Of a DNA stretch of 64,000 bases, positions 56,589-64,000 are shown piece after piece. Location of the stretch: positions 2,482-66,481 of the forward strand of contig CAVXHC010000016.1 in the NCBI GenBank assembly GCA_963761355.1. Direction: 5' to 3'. Within the stretch, counting starts at the first letter, position 1, and each line of letters starts with the position of its first letter. The notes beneath the pieces were generated by a model that searched no databases, was not told the DNA's origin, and worked only from the letters and a program-made list of their open reading frames with translations. This DNA comes from an uncultured Solirubrobacteraceae bacterium. GTDB lineage: Bacteria; Actinomycetota; Thermoleophilia; Solirubrobacterales; Solirubrobacteraceae. The position numbers were made by a program, and so were the translations under genes.

Positions 56589-57143
56589 TTACACGCGTCC
56601 GTAGCGAAGGTAGACGACGCGAGAGCCAAACGTGCGTGTCTCGATCAGCTCGAGGCGGATCTTGTTCTCCGAGCGAGGGAAGTAGGGCGTGCCGCCGCCG
56701 AGTAGGACAGGACTGACGAACAACCGCCACTCGTCGATCAGCCCGAGCTTCATACACGCGCCCGCCAGACCGGCGCCGCCGACCGCGATGTCCTTTCCGG
56801 GCTGCTCCTTGAGCCGGGAGACCTCCTCGCCGAGACCGTCCCTGGCCAGGGTGGTGTTACCGACCACGCTCTCCAGCGTCGTGGAGAACACGACCTTCGG
56901 CAGGGCCTTCCAGATTTGGGCGAACCTGACCTGCTCCGCGGCAAGCGGACTCTCCTCAGCGGTCTCCCAGTAGACCATCGCTTCGTACAGCCGCCGTCCA
57001 CAGAGATGCACGCCGGTCTCCTGTACCTGCTCGGTGTGGAACACAAACAGTTCCTCGTCGGGCACCGTCCAGTCGATCGCGCGATCGGGTCCGGCGATGT
57101 AGCCGTCCAGCGACACGGTCATCGAGTAGATCAGCTTGCGCAT
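56589..57143 (-). CDS. dihydrofolate reductase-like (RibD C-terminal) protein
   Basis: YSMTVSLDGYIAG...GRRLY...GGAGLA...LIDE. Confidence 0.9.
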   Translation of the reverse strand: MRKLIYSMTVSLDGYIAGPDRAIDWTVPDEELFVFHTEQVQETGVHLCGRRLYEAMVYWETAEESPLAAEQVRFAQIWKALPKVVFSTTLESVVGNTTLARDGLGEEVSRLKEQPGKDIAVGGAGLAGACMKLGLIDEWRLFVSPVLLGGGTPYFPRSENKIRLELIETRTFGSRVVYLRYGRV

Positions 57144-57178
57144 CAAGACCTCGTTCGTCGTTGCTCTCACGCAGCAAC

Positions 57179-57616
57179 CTACGGTCGTTCGACGAGCGCT
57201 TTGAAGTTGTGGAGAGCTTCTTCGAGACTCTTGGCGTTCAAGCGCTTAACGATGAGCGCGTCAGCGATCCTGCCGAACACGCCGCCCCGCAGCGCGTAAT
57301 CGAACGTCGTGGTGAGGCGTGTTCCATCGCCTTCCGGGGTGAGCTCCCAGCGAGCTCGCCCCGACATCATGCCGTCCATTTGGAGAAGCTGCAGCTTGCC
57401 CGGCTGGTACTCGAGAACCGTCTCAGTGATCGGCAGGGATATGCCCGCCGACTTCACCTTGAAGACCACCTTGCCTCCCTCGTCGGGGAAGGGAGCGGCG
57501 ATGTCGATCTCAGTCATGCCCGGATACCAGTCCGGCCAGCGACTGGCATCGCTCAAGAGCGCCATGGTCTCCAGCGGCGAGGCCTTGATCTGGACATTGC
57601 CTTGGACGATCGCCAT
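57179..57616 (-). CDS. SRPBCC/polyketide cyclase-like protein
   Basis: IKASP...WPDWYPG...WELTPEGDGTRLT...YAL. Confidence 0.85.
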   Translation of the reverse strand: MAIVQGNVQIKASPLETMALLSDASRWPDWYPGMTEIDIAAPFPDEGGKVVFKVKSAGISLPITETVLEYQPGKLQLLQMDGMMSGRARWELTPEGDGTRLTTTFDYALRGGVFGRIADALIVKRLNAKSLEEALHNFKALVERP

Positions 57617-57769
57617 CGTGTATCTCCCCGCTCTCGTTGTGTGTCGTTGTGCCTCCGCGACGCGGCTGCGGGAATGGGCTGTGGCCGAACCGGATAGATC
57701 CAGCGTCAAGCCGCCACGCTCCCCCGAGCCGGCGAGGCTCGCACCGTTTCTTCTCCAGTTGTCTGCGGC

Positions 57770-58294
57770 TCAGCCGCCGCTGTCGCGACCACGGCGTTGC
57801 GCCGTCACGATCGAGAAGCCGGCACCCATCAGGAGTAGGCCGATGCCGACCGTCCAGCGGAGGTCCAGGCCCGTGAACGGCAGCGTGGTCGCTTTTGTGG
57901 CCGGCGTGGTGGCGGTAGGGGTGGTCGAGGTAGTGCTGGTTTTCGCAGGCGCGGTTGTGCTCGTCGACTTCGGCTTGCTGCTTTCTTTCGACGGCAACGT
58001 GCCGGTTGCGGGTGTCGGCGTCGTTGCGGCAGGCGTCGTTGCGGCAGGCGTCGTTGCCGCCGGCGTCGTCGTCGTGGTCGTGGTCGTCGTGGTCGGCGTG
58101 TTCGGCGTCTGGCCATAGCCCGCCGTACCTTCGGCGGCGAGAGCTGCCGTGGGCATCACGAGCGCCATCGTCAGGGCCAGAACGGCCGACACCGACAAGA
58201 TCAAGCTGCCCATCGCGCTGGACGAGCCTCTCTTCATCGGCGCTGCGTCTGCTGTCTGGGGCCTACTCGAGGCCAAGACATCATTCCGAGTCAT
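57770..58294 (-). CDS. Thr/Pro/Ala-rich LPxTG cell-wall-anchored protein
   Basis: Signal peptide; TTPAA repeats; LPFTG followed by a TM helix and RRGR; start may be 58237. Confidence 0.8.
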   Translation of the reverse strand: MTRNDVLASSRPQTADAAPMKRGSSSAMGSLILSVSAVLALTMALVMPTAALAAEGTAGYGQTPNTPTTTTTTTTTTPAATTPAATTPAATTPTPATGTLPSKESSKPKSTSTTAPAKTSTTSTTPTATTPATKATTLPFTGLDLRWTVGIGLLLMGAGFSIVTAQRRGRDSGG

Positions 58295-58731
58295 GCCAAC
58301 CTCCCTTGATGATGTGGTGATCGCTTCAGTCCTCGCTTAGAAGCCTGCGTGACAGCATCGTACAGAGCAGCCGAGGGCAGCCGTGCGCCGAGCCTACCCG
58401 TCTCCTCAGGGCTTAGACCGACTTTCCGCGAAAGACTACGAGCAACCACGCCGTAGGGCTACTGAATCGAGACGTTTTGGCGCCTTCGCGAGACGGCCTC
58501 ATAGGACTCGTCGAGCGGCTCGAGCAGGGACGCTCTGGACCACGGTCACGCGCACCGTCGGCTCGCGACATCCAGAGCCGAGGAGAGGCAGCCAGGCGCG
58601 GCCGCAATCACCGCAGCGTGACAGGACTGACACCAAGCGACGGTCAAGCTACGGGCGCAGTCGGTCGATGAACGCCTAAAGCTGCGCAAAGCGAAAGCAG
58701 GATCAGCAGGCATGAATCGCGTGAGCCGTCG

Positions 58732-60588
58732 ATGAGACGGTTGCTGGCGTCACCGAAGCGCAGCGTTGTCGTGTTGACCCTGGTCGCACTGGGCGCGATC
58801 GCCCTGTTGGCCGTCGGCAGCATCGTCGTCGCGTCCCACGAGCAGACCAGCGTCGTCGACAAGCAGGTGCGAACGACGACGGCGGTCAGCTCGGTGGTCA
58901 TCGGCCAGCAGACGTCGAATCTGGTGGCCCTGGTTGAGAGCTACGCGAGTCGTCCGTCACTTACCAGCGCCGTCGCCCCCCGCAAGGGTGGCGCCGCGGA
59001 GGTCGAGGCCGCTCTCGCTGGTCTCGCGCACGCTGTCCCGGGCATCTCCGCCTCGTTTGTCACCGACCAGCACGGCACGTCGCTCAGCACCTATCCCCCC
59101 GAGCCCGCGGTCTATGGCACGAACTTCGCCTACCGAGACTGGTTCAAAGGGCTGGTCGCTTCGGGTCGTCCCTTCGTCGCAAACGCCATCCAAACCAAGG
59201 AGGCAAGTCACGCGCTCGCGATTACCGTGACGGACTACATCCGGGCACCGGACGGCCATCCGATCGGCGTCCTCGGCGTGAACTACAGCCTCGAATCGAT
59301 TGGCGCGTTCGCCGCCGGCGTGGGCAGAGCTCAGGGCATCACGCTGAACGTCACCGACAGGGCCGGGACCTCGTTGACCGCAGGAGGCCGGCATGGCCTC
59401 GTCTCGCTTGCGAGGGACCCCGGCGTGCAGGCGGCTCTCGCGGGGCGCAGTGGTCTGCTCGACTACTCGCCGCTCTTGGCCGACGGGCGCCACGGAGCCG
59501 AGGTGTTGTCGGCTTACGGACCGGTTCCCGCAACGGGCTGGACGGTGACGGCCTCAGTCAACAAGAGCGTCGCGCTTTCCGCGCTGGCCAGGCTCAGAGA
59601 CGCGGTTCTCGCGATCACGGCGCTGCTCGTCCTCATCCTGCTCGCGACGATTCGTATCGTGACCCGCTCCGACGGGCGCCGGCGCGATTCCGAGCGGGAG
59701 ACCGCCAACAGAGATCGAGAGCTGGCCCGAGTTCTGGAATCGACCAGCGAGGCGTTCCTCTCAACCGATGGCGCAGAAGTGATCACCGCATGGAGCGATC
59801 AGGCCGAGAAGCTGTTTGGCTGGGCCGCGGACGAAGTACTGGGGCGGAAGCTTGCCGACACGGTGATCCCGGCGGCGGAGCGTGACGAGAACGCTGGAGC
59901 TGAGGCCCGCCACCGCGCCGGGGCAAACTCGGCCGTTTTCGGGACGCGTATTGAGGCTACAGGGCTCCACCGTGACGGCCATGAGATTCCTGTGGAGATG
60001 AGCTCGTGGCCACACGAAGACGGCGACGGGCTGAGTGCGTTCGCCCACGACATCACCGAGCGCGTGACCGTTCGCGCAGAACGCAGGGAGCTGCAGGCCA
60101 GCCTGAGACGGCTCGCTGACCATGATCCCCTGACCGGCCTCTGGAACCGGCGGCGCTTCGAGGAGGAGCTCCAGCGCGAGGCTGCGCGATGCAAGCGCTA
60201 CGCCGAGCAGTCCGCGGTGCTGATGATCGACCTTGACGACTTCAAGAACGTCAACGACAGCCACGGCCACCAGGCCGGTGACGACCTGCTCGAGCTGGTC
60301 GCGAGCCGGATTCGCGCGACCCTGCGCGAGACCGACTCGGTGGCACGAATCGGCGGCGACGAGTTCGCGGCCATCCTGCCCAACATCGGTCCCGAGGCCG
60401 TCAACCAGGTGACGGACAAGCTGCGCAAGGCCATCCTCGCGAGCCGCATCACCGTCGACGGCACAACGATTGGCGTCGGTGCCAGCATCGGCAGCCAAAC
60501 TCTCGACGAGAACACCCCGGACCAGCAGGTGGCCATGGCCAAGGCCGACGCCGCGATGTATCAGATCAAGGCCGCCGCGCGCAGATGA
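58732..60588 (+). CDS. diguanylate cyclase (Cache-like, TM, PAS, GGDEF)
   Basis: HDPLTGLWNRR, IDLDDFK.VND..GH..GD and intact GGDEF. Confidence 0.95.
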   Translation: MRRLLASPKRSVVVLTLVALGAIALLAVGSIVVASHEQTSVVDKQVRTTTAVSSVVIGQQTSNLVALVESYASRPSLTSAVAPRKGGAAEVEAALAGLAHAVPGISASFVTDQHGTSLSTYPPEPAVYGTNFAYRDWFKGLVASGRPFVANAIQTKEASHALAITVTDYIRAPDGHPIGVLGVNYSLESIGAFAAGVGRAQGITLNVTDRAGTSLTAGGRHGLVSLARDPGVQAALAGRSGLLDYSPLLADGRHGAEVLSAYGPVPATGWTVTASVNKSVALSALARLRDAVLAITALLVLILLATIRIVTRSDGRRRDSERETANRDRELARVLESTSEAFLSTDGAEVITAWSDQAEKLFGWAADEVLGRKLADTVIPAAERDENAGAEARHRAGANSAVFGTRIEATGLHRDGHEIPVEMSSWPHEDGDGLSAFAHDITERVTVRAERRELQASLRRLADHDPLTGLWNRRRFEEELQREAARCKRYAEQSAVLMIDLDDFKNVNDSHGHQAGDDLLELVASRIRATLRETDSVARIGGDEFAAILPNIGPEAVNQVTDKLRKAILASRITVDGTTIGVGASIGSQTLDENTPDQQVAMAKADAAMYQIKAAARR

Positions 60589-60589
60589 C

Positions 60590-60797
60590 CTACCCCCGTT
60601 CCTGCGCGAGGCGTTCGGCGCCAGCGCGAGCCTCTGGCGTGTCACCGGAGGACACGACATGGGAAATCAGGCCCCGCTCCCACACGAACACGCAGCATCG
60701 CCTGGGCGCGATGGCGAGGCTCTCATGTCAACGGCGAGAAGGCGGATTTCGACTGCCGGAGGGGTCGGTCCGCGCTCTGCACACTCCTTTCAGACAG
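60590..60797 (-). pseudogene. internally deleted type-A SnoaL gene
   Basis: Starts CTG TCT GAA after the type-B stop; ends VFVWERGLISHV...EARAGAERLAQERG*. Confidence 0.7.
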
Positions 60798-60800
60798 CGC

Positions 60801-61202
60801 CTACTGCTCAAGCCCGACGGCCTCGAGGGCCTCAGACCAAGTCGGAAACGAGCGAACCTCGCGGAACGTCCCGTCGACGAAGCCCGAAATCACAAATCCG
60901 CGTCGTTGACTGACCTCAGCCTCCGAGCGCCTGATACGTCCAACCATGTCAACGAGCGCGACAACCCGATCTTGCGCGTCGCGGATGTCGTGGACCTCAT
61001 ATCGGAAGTCATCGAAGTTCTCGGAAAAGCCCGCCGCGAGCCTTCGCATGCCGTCATGCCCATGGTATGCCGACTCGTCCAACCAACGATCGATCGGGTA
61101 CCAGACGACGTCGCGCGAGAAGAATGAGAGCGAAGCGTCGATTCCTTCCTCGCTAAAGGTCTGGAACGCGTTTCGCACGATCTCCACGTTCTGCTGCGGC
61201 AT
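60801..61202 (-). CDS. SnoaL-like NTF2 protein, type B
   Basis: MPQQNVEIVRNAF...EALEAVGLEQ. Confidence 0.88.
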   Translation of the reverse strand: MPQQNVEIVRNAFQTFSEEGIDASLSFFSRDVVWYPIDRWLDESAYHGHDGMRRLAAGFSENFDDFRYEVHDIRDAQDRVVALVDMVGRIRRSEAEVSQRRGFVISGFVDGTFREVRSFPTWSEALEAVGLEQ

Positions 61203-61205
61203 CGC

Positions 61206-61286
61206 CTACCCGCGCTCCCACGCGAGGTGTTCGCCCGCAGCACGCGCGAGCTCGACCAGGTCAGGGGTTGTCGACTCCTCTACCAT
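61206..61286 (-). pseudogene. collapsed type-A SnoaL minigene, 26 aa
   Basis: MVEESTTPDLVEL fused directly to ARAAGEHLAWERG*; GATACT promoter retained. Confidence 0.85.
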
Positions 61287-61423
61287 CACTGGGCCAGTAT
61301 CTCGCAGCGGGCGCTTGGCTCTATAGCCCGAGCCAACCGCTACCGGATGGCAGGATCCCCAGCCGGCCAGGCCGACGCGGTTGTCTCAGGCCTCGTGCTC
61401 GTGTCGCCGTGCAGCCTTCGGAC

Positions 61424-62002
61424 TCAGGTCGCAGGGCGCGCCGTGAGCTCGCGATCCACTTCCCGACCAAGCCCGTGTAGCTCCCAGCCGGCACCCATCA
61501 GGAGGGCGCCGCGGAAGATCAGCACGATCCCGATTATCACGGCAAGCGTGGCCAGACTCGGGCCTGGCCAGGAGAGGATCACGATGCCGGCCAAGATGTC
61601 AAGGACCGCGACGGCGATGTTCCCACCCCGACCTTCAGGCTCGCCAAGGGCCGCAACGAAGCGCACCACTCCGGCGACGATGAACCACACGCCGAAGATC
61701 AGAACGAAGACAACGAGCGTCCCAAACGGTTTCTTGATCAGCACCAGACCGGCGATCGCGCTGAGCACACCGATCAGCGCGAGCAGGCCGCGGCCTTCAC
61801 CCCCGCCGAAGACAGAGCCGACGATGGCAAGGACGCCATCAACAAGCAAGAAGATCCCGCCGATCACCGTGAACGTGCTCAGGGTTTCGTGAGGCGAGGC
61901 AACGAAGAAGATTCCCACGCCGAGCACCGCCACGCCGAACAAGACGACCAACCACCATAGGCTCGCGAACCGGTGCAGTTCCTCATCAGCGAACATCGAC
62001 AT
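61424..62002 (-). CDS. HdeD/DUF308 membrane protein
   Basis: Six TM helices; WWLVVLFG...G.WFIVAGV. Confidence 0.88.
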   Translation of the reverse strand: MSMFADEELHRFASLWWLVVLFGVAVLGVGIFFVASPHETLSTFTVIGGIFLLVDGVLAIVGSVFGGGEGRGLLALIGVLSAIAGLVLIKKPFGTLVVFVLIFGVWFIVAGVVRFVAALGEPEGRGGNIAVAVLDILAGIVILSWPGPSLATLAVIIGIVLIFRGALLMGAGWELHGLGREVDRELTARPAT

Positions 62003-62357
62003 CTAGGCCTCCTTTGTAGCAATTGGCGCAAATGATTACACCTTCACGGGCTGCGTGTTACACGCGCGCACGACGAGCCAAGCCCGCTTTCAACGGGGAT
62101 GCTGAACTTGACAGACCCACCCGCGCGTTAGCCCTTTGCCTCGCTCGGGTAGGCTCGCAGCGTGAGCAATCCGATCCATGACGTGATGCTGCTTGTGGTT
62201 CTCGCGACCGCTGGTCCTGCTCGGGGCGCTGCTGCTCCCGAGAAGCCGTCGAGTCCTCTAGCGGGCGACTCACGAAACCAAGGACCCTGCGGTCCTCAGC
62301 TCGTCCCGGCGGCGGTAGCGACATGGCCGTGCATGCCGCTACCGCTCGTTCACCGCG

Positions 62358-62972
62358 CTAGCGGCTGTGTGGATCGACGTAGACGCCGTCGATCGCCCAA
62401 GTTCCACCCCGCTGAGCTTCAAACATCGAGCCCTGAGCGGATTCGAACACGAGCTTGACGCTGAGCGTGCTGCCGGGCATCCACAGCGGCAGGATGGTCG
62501 CCAGCTTCAGAATCGGGCTGATCGACCACGCCGCGCCGGGTTGAAGCGAGCTCACGAGGATGCTGTGGCTGAACCCAAACGCGTCCGTCCAGCGCAGGCT
62601 CACGTTCAATGCCCCTCCGCCGCTGATCTTGTGCGTGAGGAAGCGGAACGTGGGGTATTCACTGCTGACGCAGAACGCCGGCGAAACCGCGACGCCCTGG
62701 GGCTGTATCACGAGCGAGTGTCCGCTCGGACTGCTGCTTTCTTCGACAACCGCAGCGTTCGTCAACGACCAGCCGGCGGCGCCGGATTCGAAGTTTCCAC
62801 CCTGCACGAGAACGTAGGATGCATTGTCGTTGTACTGGGCGAATACATTTGATGACGGGTTTGAGGGGCAGGCGGCGCTGGCCGCCGCCGGCACTGCGCC
62901 GATGAGCAGCGCGGTGCTGGACAGGGCTGCGACGATCTTGCGGAACTGTCGGAAATCAATTACGTGAAGCAT
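62358..62972 (-). CDS. secreted jelly-roll/CBM-like protein, paralog 1
   Basis: Signal peptide; GGNFESGAAGW...SPAFC...WAIDGVYVDPHSR; GGAGG RBS. Confidence 0.8.
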   Translation of the reverse strand: MLHVIDFRQFRKIVAALSSTALLIGAVPAAASAACPSNPSSNVFAQYNDNASYVLVQGGNFESGAAGWSLTNAAVVEESSSPSGHSLVIQPQGVAVSPAFCVSSEYPTFRFLTHKISGGGALNVSLRWTDAFGFSHSILVSSLQPGAAWSISPILKLATILPLWMPGSTLSVKLVFESAQGSMFEAQRGGTWAIDGVYVDPHSR

Positions 62973-63017
62973 CTCAGGACCTCCATGTCATGTCGCGATA
63001 GACGCGACGCCTTGGTT

Positions 63018-63096
63018 GAGGTCGGCAGCCGGGCGGTCTCGGAGAGATCCCTGACTTTGCGTCCCCGCCTCGCGACGGGTTTGCCCTGAGCGACTC
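63018..63096 (-). promoter_or_regulatory. c-di-GMP-I (GEMM) riboswitch
   Basis: CAGGGCAAACCCGTC-GCGA-GGCGGGGACGCAAAGTCAGGGATCT...AGACCGCCCGGCTGCCGA. Confidence 0.9.
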
Positions 63097-63121
63097 TTGT
63101 TCTGAAGCGGATCTACCGGCC

Positions 63122-63772
63122 CTAGCGACGCATGCGCGGGTCGATGTAGACGTCGTCGATACGCGCGACGCCACTGGTGGCAGTGAAGCGGAGCGCCACG
63201 TGAATGGAACCTTCGGACAGCAGGGCCCCGATCAGCACGCCCGTGTGGAACGCAGCAGTGGGCTCCCAGCTGCTCGTCGTCGCGGCGCTTCCGACGGGAA
63301 GGGCTATTTCTCCGAGGTAGGTCTGATAGACGACCGACACGCGCACAGCGCCTTCTTTACCTTCGCTTCGTGCGAACAGCCGGAGAGTGCGATCGTTCGG
63401 TTCGACGCAGGTGAACGGTGACTGCGCACTTGAGCCTTGCGGGAGATCCAGGGACGATTTGCCCAGCTTTCCCGTAACCGCGTACGTCTCGCTACCGGAC
63501 GCGACGGTTGCGCCGCCCGACAGCGTCCACGGGGTTTCCCCGGCCTCGAAGCCGCCACCGGCTACGAGCTGGTAGTAGTTCGAGTCAGCCCACTTCACGA
63601 AGGGCTGTACCAGCGTGGGTTCGGGGCAGGTTTTTGCCGTGGCGGCCTCGGCGGCCACGGGCAGAACGGCGGACACACCGGCAAGAGCCAGTCCCGCCAC
63701 GGTTCCTGCGAGCACGGCGAATGAGCCACCCGCTTTGCGAGATGGCTTGATGTGCGACCAAATTGGGACCAT
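63122..63772 (-). CDS. secreted jelly-roll/CBM-like protein, paralog 2
   Basis: Signal peptide; GGGFEAGETPW...SPFTC...ARIDDVYIDPRMRR; GGAGG RBS. Confidence 0.8.
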   Translation of the reverse strand: MVPIWSHIKPSRKAGGSFAVLAGTVAGLALAGVSAVLPVAAEAATAKTCPEPTLVQPFVKWADSNYYQLVAGGGFEAGETPWTLSGGATVASGSETYAVTGKLGKSSLDLPQGSSAQSPFTCVEPNDRTLRLFARSEGKEGAVRVSVVYQTYLGEIALPVGSAATTSSWEPTAAFHTGVLIGALLSEGSIHVALRFTATSGVARIDDVYIDPRMRR

Positions 63773-63790
63773 TGGAAGCCTCCAGGCTTT

Positions 63791-63866
63791 CAGTGGTAGC
63801 CGAGCTATCTCGATCGAGACCTCTAGCTTTGCGTCCTCGCCTCACGACGAGTTTGCCCTTTTCAGG
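63791..63866 (-). promoter_or_regulatory. c-di-GMP-I (GEMM) riboswitch
   Basis: AAGGGCAAACTCGTC-GTGA-GGCGAGGACGCAAAGCTAGAGGTCT...AGATAGCTCGGCTACC. Confidence 0.88.
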
Positions 63867-64000
63867 TTGGTTGGTTACGCGAGGAGGTTCGGCCTCCAGC
63901 GCCCGCAGCTTGATGGCGTCCAGGCCCATCTGGACGAAAAGGCCGACACGCTTGTAGTCCTTTGAGGACGACACGCCCGTCCCTCTGGAACGACAGGGAC

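Noticed and set aside
58330-58450. Possible riboswitch upstream of the LPxTG gene
   Set aside because: Lacks the GGGCAAAC/GACGCAAA core; the ctttccgcgaaag hairpin fits the repeat family better
34871-61290. Diversity-generating retroelement behind the SnoaL variation
   Set aside because: No reverse transcriptase and no template/variable repeat pair differing only at adenines

Overview
GC-rich actinobacterial DNA, most like Thermoleophilia/Solirubrobacterales (inferred from gene content and leaderless -10 promoters). Bases 1-9.3 kb are core-like: PHP phosphatase, NERD nuclease, P450, RecQ, CGNR and GntR regulators. Bases 9.39-40.39 kb are two tandem integrative islands around tRNA-Thr(CGT), bounded by a 5' tRNA half (9390), an intact tRNA (22499) and a 3' half (40333). 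Island 1 has no visible integrase. It carries a candidate defence cluster (RloC-like ABC ATPase, ApeA-like HEPN, PD-(D/E)XK-like nuclease, DUF429-CMD fusion, HicBA), an unannotated 42-aa histone-like peptide and an IS21 that splits a YegP-like gene. Island 2 has a tyrosine integrase with arm sites, a DUF4160/DUF2442 TA pair, a collagen/beta-helix surface protein, stress genes, hydrolases, a P450 and an IS1182. From about 24 to 62 kb, inside and outside island 2, intergenic DNA is built from a recurring palindromic site (YTGCTT/TCGCTT-N7-11-AAGCAG/AAGCGA). These sites flank small self-promoted genes, above all a large SnoaL/NTF2 paralog family with conserved ends, plus collapsed and truncated copies. 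This is the best candidate for an undescribed cassette-like system, though no dedicated recombinase is visible. The right end holds MazEF, an LPxTG protein, a diguanylate cyclase and two secreted paralogs, each under its own c-di-GMP-I riboswitch.
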